Part shown: piece by piece, positions 9,201 to 20,037 of the stretch | Layout: every line of letters begins with the position of its first letter | Position numbering within the stretch: position 1 is the stretch's first letter | Source: Rhodosorus marinus CCMP1338 | Lineage: Eukaryota > Plantae > Rhodophyta | Assembly: GCA_029953675.1 (NCBI GenBank) | Contig: JAMWBK010000004.1 | Location: 682,001-746,000, forward strand | DNA length: 64,000 bases | Reading direction: 5' to 3' | Notes under the pieces: model-generated | Database searches by the model: none | What the model saw: only the letters and a program-made list of their open reading frames with translations | What the model was told of the DNA's origin: nothing | Made by a program: the position numbers and the translations under genes

Positions 9201-12200
9201 CACCTGGAGGGCTGTTTCCTCCAGCAACGAGGAGAGGAAAGCTTGGATCGCGAATAGATTAATCAGTGAGTCATGCTGTGGATGCTGATTGTGTCGTTCT
9301 GCAGGCAAGCGGGTCGAGGGGTACTCGGGTAGTTTAGGACTGGGATATGCTCCGTTATAGTATGGGACAGATTCTGAGCCGTATCAACGGTGTGTAATCC
9401 ATCCTTAACGTTTGATAACCACATGTTCGCGACGGCAATCTACTCGAGGTACGCTTCGATGAAGCGACACACCTGGATAAATCACCTCCTGGGGTGTCTT
9501 CACCCAACTTCATGTATTCAACGAGGAAGAACGTGGGTCGAAAGTGGCGGATAGAATCCGTGTTGGTGGTCTGGCTCAAACTTGCTCTACGTCCGCGCAG
9601 TTTTCTAAGTAAATTACCCTCGTGCGACTGTTTACGGCACGATCTGGGTCGGCTCGAGCACCGTCTCGCTGGGACTCCTCATTGCATTCTTCCCGCTTGT
9701 TGTTAGAGCAACGAGTGTGGAAGCCGGGCAGGAACTTTGATGTGTCTGAAGGCAGTATTGGAACAGATACAGCAACGGGCGCCGAGTATCTAAACCGGAG
9801 ATATCTCAGCATTGGAAGCTACTGCAATTGCACAGAAGACGGCGGGTTTTATGACATCTACAGAGTACTGTCAACACCAAAGTCCTTCGAGACAGCTTTT
9901 TCACAAGAAAACTGGGTAGAATGGTAGAGAAAAGCAGACGACAGTCCAAGATGTGTACTCAAGCCTACTCCACGTGCACGAAAAGGGTATCAAGCGGCCG
10001 GCCAGCTGGATTCAAGTCGTCGATCTGATTCTACAGAAATGGAGAGGATCTACTCGTGGTGGACCTAACTCCGAACTTGCCTGTGTCCTTGGTAACTTCA
10101 ACCATACAAAAACGCCGAAGATCAGTGGACCCTGAACGCTCACGTCTCAACGCAACTTTCCCAAGGCACCCGAATCGATCTCGTTGATACTCCAGAGATA
10201 GGTATACATGCAGATAATATCTCTTTCATCATGTCCGTTGCGGACACTCACCTTCGGCCTCTTAAGCCCACCCCCGCCGCACTCTAGTAGCACTAGTAAG
10301 ACTCCTCTCACCTGTGTCGCGAATAATTTCAAGATACAACTCTTGAAATTGTTCCACCACCCCGCCCACTCCAGTCTGTATTCACATCAGGTATCAACTT
10401 CTTATGATTTTGTATAAGCAAAAGGTTTGATTCAAATACGGATTTACTAGTTACGGGGTGGTGATCACTTAGTGCAAATAGGTTTGGGGACAACGGGCTT
10501 GGTGATTTTTCAAACAGGTAGGGAAGATGACAGGCACAGATCTGTGGGGCCGGTTGAAGACTCGATTGAAGGTAAGAAGTGTCCAAGAGTCTCTTCCTTC
10601 TGTTGAAGATACCAATTCTCGCCAACCCCTTGGACAAGGAGAGTGGTCTTTCGCCTCCCTCGCACTGGACTAGGCCTCCCTCGAGCGAGCCGTTTGATAC
10701 GCAAGATGAAAGATGCACGAAATGGTCCCTACACCTCGGTGAAACCAAGTGTATTCGGCTCGCGGTGCGGGATGGACTAGCTTAGAGACGTCCTCGAGGA
10801 GTATCCACCACGCCCGGAGACCCTCACATTGTCTGCTCAGCTGGTAGGCAAAGAAATGCCTCCGGCCGGAAGGAGGGAAAAGGCTTTTCGAAGAGACTCA
10901 GCAACAAGCTGAAGCTTCCTCCCTCCTTGGCTTGCAAACATCCTCTATCAAGACGCGATGGGACTCCTCCCTTCCAATTTGGACCATATCAAGCACGTGG
11001 GAAAATTTTATGTTTTTCAAAAACTCACAATTCCGGAACCTCCGAAAACGAACAAAAAACACGACCCTCGAAACCAAAAAAAATAAGAAGAAACGTGTCG
11101 TGCAGTTGAGTGTACTCAAGAAAGTGTAAATTTATTTACATGTTTCATTATTCAAAGTAGTACTGATGTAAAGAAAAGGAGAAAAATGTTATCGCCGATT
11201 TTTTCGCAGGAGAGCAAAGCCATATTTTGAAAAGAGGAAGAGATATTGACTATTCAGAAATAAATAAATATCCAAATTACAAAAGTTAGTAATTTCAAGT
11301 CCTGAGGTTGTTATTTAAATGAAATTAGAAGCTATTTTGATGTTTTCGAATGTTTTCAGTAAGAAAACGAATCAACTTCGGCCGGCGAAAGTGTTAAGAA
11401 ACGTGGCAGCTGATGATGAATTTGGTTTATGAAAATAATTTCGAAGACTAATTTTTTTTGTTGTCTATTTTGGATTTTCTAGAGGGTATGTCTCTGAAAA
11501 AGGAAAAGTTAGGGGCATATGTCTATTTTGTTTTATAGTCCATCAATCATCGAAAATATTGGAAAAGGTTTTACGATGTTAAACAATTAAAAAACAACAG
11601 AAAACAGAAAACAAGTTTGGTGCCGACAAAAAAGGAAATTAGCAGCGGGAGGAGCTGGGAAGGGAGCGGAGATGGGAGAGGGGATGGGAAGGGGAGAGGA
11701 AAGTTGCGGCGGAGGGGAAGGGAGGGGAGAGGGGAGGAGGGGTAGGTTGGTGAGATCGGCAAAGGATGCGAAAAAAGGAGGAATTTGAGTGTTTACTAGA
11801 CTGAGTTTTTGGGGGTATTACGATGTCATCTCTATCTGGTGTTCTTGTTTTGATTTCTGAGTGGGGTGGGGCTGGGGCGTGGGTGGGGTTTATACTCGAT
11901 GACGTCGTTTTTGACTAAGAAGAGCATGGAAAATGGGGTGGATTCGGTAGGATTTTTTTGGGTGGTTCCGTAGATCAAAAAAGGGGCTGGTAGTTCTCCC
12001 ATTAGGTTGGGGCTAACGCGTTAAGTGGCGAGCCTGTCGCTTTTCTAAGCTAGTGAGAACATCACCGTCTGAAACTAGACTAAAACAGATGTGGAAGTGA
12101 GAGCGATAGTTCGTAAGCTCCTTAACATCTCCAGACCCAGAAAGGAACACAAACGATTTCCTCCCCTCCTCCCGCACCCCTCCCCTTCATTCTATAAGAA

Positions 12201-14657
12201 AAATGGTTCTACCACTCTTTTTCTAGATATCTTCAAGGATATTCCTCAACTTGAGACACTCTTCCTCCGCCCCCCCCAACTCCCCACCCCACCTCCACAC
12301 ACTCTCACACCCACCCTTTCACCATCGTCCTCTCTGTTGTCATCAAGTTCATCTCCTTCACAATCGCATTTTGGAGACACGCCCTTCCTAAACGTGTTGC
12401 TCCTTGTCGTCCGTGTTTTTCTCTCTTTTTGCCCCAGAATCTAAATTGCATTATAAATAGACGGATTATACTTTCCTTCGACAACTCGTTTATAAAAAAA
12501 TCATTTTTTGATATGAAATAGGATATATTTTATTCCATTTTTCAGGGATGAACCAAGGGTTGATTTTGTAGTATAATACGTGAATTCAAAGCTTTTCTCT
12601 ACTCGCCACGGATGAAGACGTCCGAAAATTCTTCGCATTTTGTTTGCTGTCTGGGTGGAAATTAAATATTATTCATATTCTAGTGGGGGAAAGGACTAAG
12701 CAGTGTCTCGATGGAGGAAGGACTTCAGTTGGTGGGTTTCGGCTCTGTGGAGGGAGAGTCCTGTGAGGATTGAGCTGATGTTCATAAGGCGGTTTGCGGT
12801 GTTGTCTGGTGGAATGCGGGAGGAGAGGGGGGAGAGGAGGACGCTTATTGGCTGTGTGGCCTCGCTGTGACTTTTCACAGAGAATTTCGAGGGTAGACAA
12901 CCTTTCAACTGGACTGCGAGCAAGGTGCGTGAAGGGAAGAGAGCGAGAACGAGGGAGACCTGTTTTATGTTCGGATGAAAAATATTTTCCATGCTTGGCT
13001 CCAACAGATTGACTAGTGTCTCGTGGTAGAATCTGTGCCAGTGCTGAACCTCAACTTTAATGCTTCAATTCAGATTCTTCATGCTCATGCCCGCACATAT
13101 CTCCTCTCAAGTCCCACAGGCACGTAGGAACCTGTTCGCACGAAAGCTTCCTCGGATTGGTCTCTTGACAAAGATTTTCTTCAAATGTGCAGCTTTGTGC
13201 TAGTTAACGTGTAGCGCCGCGGTGGAGGTAGCGCAAAAGATGGTAACCTACGCTCAGAGGTAGATCCAAGTCGAGCCCGGACTGACTAGGAGTTGTTATG
13301 TCGCCCAGCCCGTCCCTGAACGTTTTCCGGCTCAGTGCTCCCCATTTTCTGCTTTCTGATCTAAAGCGGACCGCTTGCTTTGTTCTTATGGTTTGGTTCA
13401 TTCGAAAAACAAGGAGCTCGCAATACGTAAGACCTGCTCGAGAGTGCTGACTTGCACAGGATATGCAATGTAAGAACGTTTTTATAAGTTGAGCAAGTGG
13501 CGCAGTGCCAAGGGATTTAGCAGATCCTCAGTGTCCCCCAAGCAAAACAGCCGAAAACACCTCCTTTTGCACTTGGCTTGGGGTTGCACTAGCAAAAGAC
13601 GTGGTGAACACGCTTAAGATGAAAACCGGCAAGTGTTCCCTATTCGGTGAAACTGATCTCATGAAGTGCGAAAACGGATAATTTGGTCTAGCAATAGCAA
13701 AGAAACCCGCGCTTGCCCCAAACCTTAGTTCGCAGGTTACCCACCAAGAACACTTCCCTTTCTCACCCCCCCTAACAAACTTGGCTATTTTTCGCCGAAT
13801 GCTACAATTTCGTGCATACCCTCTAAAACTAAGTATTATATTATCCGCGGACTGATTCATGAGCACGAATTACCCATGGCATAAATGCTTAAATATTCAT
13901 TGCTTCGTTTGTACACCAAATGGCCAAATGCTTGGAAAATTGGCCTTGCTGGAAGACTTCCACGGTTTGCTTTCTCTGGGTTCCCATGAAGCGCCTCAGG
14001 ATGGTATGGCATTCCAGCGTTCTGAGAGAAGCTCTAGCGGAAAAGCCATGGCCTCCGCTGGAGAAGAGCGTGTCGATGTCCTTCAAGGGGTTCCCCAGGG
14101 CGGGTTTGGTGGAACGACATTCTTTTTAATAGATGTGACGCGGGAGTACGGGTATCTAGCTAAAGATGTTCAAACACCCACCGAACCTTTCAAAATTACA
14201 ACGTACATTTTACAGGTTTTGGTTATTTCAGCAATAGGCTCCCGCGGGGTTGGAAGCAAACAACTTCGGAGGCAAGGGGCGTCGCAGGGTGGGCAGACGT
14301 GAGAGAGGTTGGAGGGCGAATAAAAGATTACACAAATTCGAAACAGCGCATTTATCCGCTTCTGAAAAGCTATGAAGAAGAAGAAGCTTGAAGAACAGTT
14401 TGGCTTCATCAACTGGCTTCATCAACTTGCAAGGTCCTTTTGCACTTGGGTTCGGATGGTGTGAATCCTAACCATGCTGGAGCTTGCGCTTTTCGGTTCC
14501 CACTCGTCGGAATCAGTTATTTATTAGGCTCAAAAATAGGGTCACCACAACTTCCCCAGGCTTGGCAAAAGAAACTGAGTAGAGCAAAATCGATACACAA
14601 GAACCTTTGCGATCTTTCCAGGCAACTTGCACAACTTGTGTTTCAAGTCCGTTGGGG

Positions 14658-14810
14658 CCGGGGGCTTTGTCCTCTCTCGGAATTCGAGCTTCGGCTTTTG
14701 GCCCATCGCCTTGCACCCTTAGCAATTCACCGCATCGATTTCATGGATTCAGTTGGCTCTCATGAGCGCCCCAACGGGCTCTCCTCCCTGCTTACCCGCT
14801 TCAGTTACCG
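14658..14810 (+). mobile_element. Old, internally deleted family B fragment
   Basis: GGGGCTTTGTCCTCT..GCTTCGGCT..GCCCATCGCC..TTCATGGATTC.GTTGG.TCTC follows the family B consensus. Confidence 0.6.
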
Positions 14811-16248
14811 ACTCAGTAGCCTACTTTTTTCCTTTTTTCCTCAGCTAGGAAACACGCATGGATTCACTTGTGTGTACGAGCGAATAGGTTCGTGCCAAGA
14901 GCCGGCTCTGTGACCGTTCTACGTATTGAAGATTGGAGCCACGATGCTCGAAGTAAGGTTCGGTCTTCACAAGCAGCAGAGCTCCCTCTTGCGCATCGAT
15001 GCAAAATTTCTCTCCGTTGGAATATTATCCTCAGCGGAGTAGGATGCGCCTCTCTCATAGATACTGACAAAGCCGTATCTTCCCAAGAAGCTACATCCTC
15101 CCCCCCCCCTGCCTCATACGTATCGAAAGCTCGTTGTTTCAGTTCGAGATACAAGCTACTAACTAAGCAAAAAGAACTGCAGAGCGGAAAATTCACGTAC
15201 GTAGTGGTCAAATTATTCTCTATTCAACGGATCCGGGAGATTGAAGATGTATTTTAAAGTCTCCTCACCGTGCAGCTCGTCAGATCATCTCAACACGCCC
15301 CACAAACTGCTGAACCGACCAGGGTTGTGATATCTGATTCTCAGCCAAGGGAACATACGTTTCCCTTTGACTTCGATTCAGTCGTCTACTACAACTCGAT
15401 GGACTCCATGGTAAGCTCACTCACTGGATAGTTTGCCAGAAAAGAGGGCAAAAGTCTAGCTTCGAGTCCAGATTGCGAGTCCTCGGGGCCTGGTGTGTAT
15501 CTCTACCACGGTTGGAAAGATATGCGGCTGATAAGTTGGGTTAACCCGGGGTGCGGGGTTTTTTAAGCCCAACCTTTTCAATAGATAGTGATCGAGTAGT
15601 TGTTGCGCGGCATTAGGCAGCTGCCCAATAAAGGACATAGTTACCACCGAAATCGACCAGGGGAGGGCGAATCCCACGATTCGAAGCCAAAAGTTTTCCT
15701 TTTCAAAGAAAAGGGATCATCCCTTAACGCCAAAAGTTTTCATATCATCGCGCGCACTGGCAACTCGTGTGCTCAGCCCCCCCTAAATTTTCGGCTAGAA
15801 GATCCTGTTCAGCATGGCAGGCAGACAGTCCACGGCTGCATCTTGAAATTTCTGGGTTCAAGTTTGGGCAAAGACTAGCAAACTTTTGCTTTCCATCAAC
15901 CCCCTTCCACTGGCCCTCACGGCTTTTTTAACTTTTCGATCCTGTCAGGGACGGGAAGGCGTTCTCTGTTTGAAAGGTCGTGGAATCCTTCAGGAGAAGT
16001 AAAATATTGGGGGAAACGATCTTGCGTTTTCTTCTCTCCTCTTCTGAGAGCAAAGTTATTGACCGCAGAAAGGGGGGTCGTGGGCAACGTCACGCTCTTC
16101 TTCACACAAAAGTCAAATGGCAAAACAATTCCAGTTATGTTTTCGTATGGACGTCCAAGTCTTTGGAAGTGGTGTGCTTATCGTATTTCGCGCCACTTCC
16201 TCCCGCTGATATCTCGGATGGCCTCTCAGACAAGGGCCAAAATTCGGA

Positions 16249-16255
16249 TATAAAA
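16249..16255 (+). promoter_or_regulatory. Putative TATA box of Cys-rich gene 1
   Basis: TATAAAA 131 bp upstream of the ATG. The paralogs have a similar spacing. Confidence 0.55.
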
Positions 16256-16379
16256 GCGCCCCGTCAGGCGGTTTAGGATTCAGATGGTCGGGGAGTGGGA
16301 GGCCAAGACAACTGAAGAGGGGTGAAGACTTTTAAGTTGTTCTAAGGGAGGAAAATTGGACAGAGGAATTCGAAAAGAT

Positions 16380-17300
16380 ATGAAGCTTGGGATTAGTCTA
16401 TTGGTGATCGTCGTTATCGCAGCGGCGGCTGTGGAAGCTAGCTTTCCACCACCGCCTCCGCCTCCGCCGAAGAAGTGCGAGGGCAGCGTTCCGGGATGGC
16501 TGGTTGAGGACAAGAAGTTCGACTGTGGTGATAGCTGTAAACAGTGCTGCGACCACAACTGCAACCTGGTTACTTGCAATAAGTGCGACCCCTTCTGCGG
16601 AAAGACCTGTATTGACCACGCGCCAAAGGAGGAGGTTGTGTACACGGATATCACTTGCAACGTAGATGAGCACTGGAACATGGAATGCATTCTGTGCAAT
16701 TGTCCAGACCCGTGGAAGGCTGGCCTTCCTAAGTGCGTCCACGAACTACTCAAGAAGAAGCTGTGGCTGCTCGCCGTGAGGTCACGGCAGTGCAGGCAAG
16801 CACGTAGGTTGAGAAGCCTTACACTTCTCTGCGGAGATCCCAACAAGGACTGGAAGTCTGGCTTCGAACAACCCCTGTTCCAATGCAAACAGGCTCTTAC
16901 GAACAAATGTATTATCAGTGACCGGAGCTTCCCGAATGTTAAGATCACAACTTTGAGCGGCTGCAAGCTTGAGGGCCATGGACCCAAGTGCGATGGACGC
17001 CTCCAGGTTTACAAGACCGACTGCGAAAACTGCGATGAGACTACTTCAGTCACGAGGGAGGGTATCGTCAAACAAGTTACGAAGAAATGCTTGGACAATG
17101 GCGCCTACTGCAAAAAGGTTGACGACAGCTGCAAGGTCGAGTTTGATCGTATTCCTTGCACTCCAATCTGCAGGCACATCAACTTCCTGGATACTTGTGA
17201 CAAGTGTAAGGTTGGCCGCCGTAGGTTTAAGCCGAGGACTCCTCCTCTTTGCATTGCTGGCGGTCCAGATGCATTCAAGTCATGCAAGTTCCATCACTAG
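16380..17300 (+). CDS. Secreted Cys-rich protein, paralog 1 (32 Cys; unknown family)
   Basis: Signal peptide MKLGISLLVIVVIAAAAVEA followed by poly-Pro. Family motifs QCC, DITCNVDxxWNxECIxCxCP, FQCK, DRSF and PPLC. Confidence 0.9.
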   Translation: MKLGISLLVIVVIAAAAVEASFPPPPPPPPKKCEGSVPGWLVEDKKFDCGDSCKQCCDHNCNLVTCNKCDPFCGKTCIDHAPKEEVVYTDITCNVDEHWNMECILCNCPDPWKAGLPKCVHELLKKKLWLLAVRSRQCRQARRLRSLTLLCGDPNKDWKSGFEQPLFQCKQALTNKCIISDRSFPNVKITTLSGCKLEGHGPKCDGRLQVYKTDCENCDETTSVTREGIVKQVTKKCLDNGAYCKKVDDSCKVEFDRIPCTPICRHINFLDTCDKCKVGRRRFKPRTPPLCIAGGPDAFKSCKFHH

Positions 17301-17589
17301 GAATCAGGGACGGAATAGCTCGCTTACTAGCTTTCAGACCTCTTGATCTCTCCCAAGGAGAGGAGCACCGCGTAGTAGCACTGAGGCTTAGGCTTGATTA
17401 AAAGTTGGAATTCTCCATCGAAAAATTTCACAGTCTCACACCGGTCCACGTGGTGGCTTCTCAACAGCGAGCTCTTCTCCTTGTGCAACAGAACCTGCGT
17501 TCTGACCAGCTAACCGAGGACCACTTACCCCTCCTTGCAACCGCTGGATCGACTGGGTCCTCCTGTGCACGGATTCTTCTGACTATGAG

Positions 17590-17772
17590 ATGTGGAGTTC
17601 GATTCCCGTCAGGGGTGTGCGGAGTTGAGCATCTGAATTCCAAACTTGGAAGCGCGGGGTTCGATTCCCGTCGGGTGTGTGCTGAAGTGATCAGATGAGT
17701 TCTTAACTTGGAGTCTCGGGGCTATCCAATCCTATCGAGTATCTGCAGAGTTAATCCTCCGAGTTCTGAACT
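17590..17772 (+). repeat. tRNA-like 62-bp tandem repeat, block 1
   Basis: GTTCGATTCCCGTC at 17597 and 17659 (period 62). GAGTT(C/T)T(G/T)AACTT anticodon-arm-like motifs recur. Confidence 0.7.
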
Positions 17773-17796
17773 TATTACACGATTAGTTTTTTAGTT

Positions 17797-18040
17797 CTCA
17801 CAGGTCCCAGCCTTTCATTTTGGAAAGCTTTGAACATCTGGAAAAATCCAGCTTGGGAGTGTTGCGGAAATGTTTTACTGACCCTCCTGTTGAATACCTG
17901 GGACTTCTACGCCGATTAAGTGTCGCTCTGTGGCGATTTTCTAGCAGTATGCTTGCCGAGGCACGCCCTCGCTGCCTTGGTTTGCGTAGTTCCTAGTTCG
18001 CCTTCACGCCCTGCGTAGCGCCTCAGGCTATGCTAGTAGA
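17797..18040 (+). mobile_element. Diverged family A CRE-like 3' fragment
   Basis: Translates HRSQPFILESFEHLEKSSLGVLRKCF..EYLGLLRRLSVALWRFSSSMLAEAR, matching 53636-54190, and ends CAGGCTATGCTAGTA. Confidence 0.85.
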
Positions 18041-18079
18041 TCCATCTAGTTTTGTAGCAGGGAAACTTTTTCAGTATAG

Positions 18080-18360
18080 TCAGGTGGTAATGAATGAATT
18101 GGGCTCAGGTGGGAATGAATGAATTTTCTTAATCGGAGACTGAAAGAATTTCCGAAAAAACCCCGAGGCGAAGATCGCGAGCCTCCAACATCAAAACAGT
18201 GTTCATAAGGCCACAAGCAAGAGAGTAACGGCTAAGCAACGAGGTCAGGGCGTCCGCGCAACAATTCCCAAAGCCAGCGAGAGCCAAAGGAATCCAGAAA
18301 CCCAAAGCACTCAACGACCAGAGGTACCAGCTCGATGAACTGGAGCTGAAACACGAATGC
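18080..18360 (-). mobile_element. Family B 3' fragment preceded by a duplicated tail
   Basis: GAATGAATGAATTTTCTTAATCGGAGACTGAAAGA...GGCGAAGATCGCGAGCCTCCAACATCAAA. TCAGGTGG is repeated at 18080 and 18105. Confidence 0.85.
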
Positions 18361-18444
18361 CATAGGGCCATGGGGCCATTTCTAATACTATTTCATTGCC
18401 CTATACGCTAGATATAATTTTAATTGAATGAATTGGTTCATGCC

Positions 18445-18530
18445 CTCTGGATTCCGTTGATTCTCGTTGGCTTCGAGAATTTGTTCCACGAACGCCCTGA
18501 CCGTCGGTCCTCGTTGTCTCTTGCTGTGAC
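18445..18530 (+). mobile_element. Short internal family B fragment
   Basis: TGGATTCCGTTG.TTCTCGTTGGCTTCG...GAACGCCCTGACCGTC. Confidence 0.75.
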
Positions 18531-18533
18531 GTA

Positions 18534-18659
18534 TGAAATGAATGAATTTGTTTAACCGGAAAGACTGAAAGAAAAAACGCCGAGGGGAAAAAAGATTATG
18601 GGCGGCGAAGATCGCGCGCCTCCATCATCAGCAGCGTTCATACACCGCATCAAGAAAGA
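18534..18659 (-). mobile_element. Family B 3' fragment (left arm of a head-to-head pair)
   Basis: GAATGAATTTGTTTAACCGG.AAGACTGAAAGAAAAAACGCCGAGGGG...GGCGGCGAAGATCGCGCGCCTCC. Confidence 0.85.
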
Positions 18660-18688
18660 ATGAACGCTGGTTTAATGGTAGACCTACC

Positions 18689-19137
18689 AAAATGATGAAC
18701 GACGAGTGACTGACCTCGTGGTCACCTGTGACGATAGCCGGCGTTCGACGTACGTTGATCTTGCCGTTCCTAATCCTCAGGCTAGTCGTTATCTGCAGGC
18801 TGCCGGAGAGCACCGTGGATTTGCCGCTGACAAGTATGAGACGTCGCAAAGAGTTGAAATACGCTGGGGCTTTGTATTCCCCAGGCGTTCGCGCTTCGGC
18901 TCTAGCTCACCGCTGGTAACTCTGGTCATTGAGTGCTACCGGTTCCTGGATTCCGTTGGTTTTCGTTGGTTTCGGGAATTGTTCTGCGAACGCCCTGACC
19001 GTGGGTTCTCGTTTACTCGTTCAAGTTTCTTGCTGTGGCGTGTATGAACGCTGCTTTGGTGTTGGAGGCGCGCGGTCTTCGCCGCCCATACTCTTCGGGG
19101 TTTTTTCTTTCAGTCTCCGATCAAACAAATTCATTCA
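18689..19137 (+). mobile_element. 5'-truncated family B copy including the RLE region
   Basis: NDERRVTDLVVTCDDSRRSTYVDLAVPNPQASRYL..., ending CCGATCAAACAAATTCATTCA. Confidence 0.9.
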
Positions 19138-19169
19138 GTTTTTACTGCTTTCCGGAGGTGGTGGGGTGG

Positions 19170-19350
19170 GGACGAGGGTTCGATTCCCGTTGGGTATTTT
19201 CTGAGCTGATCACCCGAGTTTTGAACTTGGAGACCCGGGGTTCGATCCATGTCAGATATATGCCAGATTGGTCCTGAGTTTTTTGAACTGGACGTAGTGT
19301 CGGCTGGATTGATCATCTGGTTTCTGAACTTAAGCGCGCGAGCTCGACTT
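19170..19350 (+). repeat. tRNA-like 62-bp tandem repeat, block 2
   Basis: GTTCGAT at 19178 and 19240 (period 62). Stem-loop CCGAG-TTTTGAA-CTTGG at 19214-19230. Confidence 0.7.
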
Positions 19351-19659
19351 CAGGAAGAGGAAACCTTGATTTTGCTAGCTAAACCTGGTTTCGTTTACTG
19401 CAGATCTGCCAGCGCGTTATGGCGGTTTAGCTCTAGCAAATGCCGTTGCGTATTGATAAGGCGGATATGTCGTTTTGACTTGAGAGGAAGACTGCTGTGG
19501 CGGGATCTAGGAGATGTTCTGGGGTAGTACAGTCCTTCGGTTGCCAATCAAGCCTGATCACCACCGTTTTGATTCGACGTCCTTGGCTAAACTTGGATGA
19601 AGGACAGTTTTAGCGGACATGTACCAGTAGATAGATTCATGATCATGGGCTTCAGCTTT

Positions 19660-20037
19660 AATTATCTCGGCCTAGTCGTTATTTGCCGGCTGGGGGATGG
19701 CGCAGTGAATTTGCCGCTGACAAGTATGAGACGTCGCAAAGAGGTGAAATATGCGGGGGTTTTGTCTTTCCCAGGCATTCGTGCTTCGGCTCTAGCTCGT
19801 CCCCTGGTACCTCTGGTCATTGAGTGCTTTGGGTTCATGGATTCTGTTGGTATTCGTTGGCTCTGGGAGTTACTTCGCGAACGCCCTGACACTCTCTCCT
19901 CGTTCTTGGCCCGTTTAAGTTTCCTGCTGTTGCGTATGAAAGCTGCTTTGATATTGAAGGCGCGCAATCTTCGCCGAGCGTTGTCTTTTTTTCCCTCGGG
20001 GTTTTTTCTTTCCGTCTTCGATTAAACAAATTCATTC
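19660..20037 (+). mobile_element. 5'-truncated family B copy
   Basis: MRRRKEVKYAGVLSFPGIRASALARPLVPLVIECFGFMDSVGIRWL..., ending CGATTAAACAAATTCATTC. Confidence 0.9.

Noticed and set aside
9340-10130. Protein-like fragments in several frames
   Set aside because: No recognisable motif or paralog in the window, so a pseudogene call cannot be supported.
13859-14302. ORF containing QGVPQGG, resembling RT motif B'
   Set aside because: No YADD or upstream RT motifs in any frame nearby, and no similarity to the CRE copies. Probably chance.
17597-19260. Intact or circularly permuted tRNA gene (permuted tRNAs are known in Cyanidioschyzon)
   Set aside because: Only ~10 nt separate the T-arm from the next D-arm, too few for both acceptor strands, and no 7-bp acceptor pairing was found.
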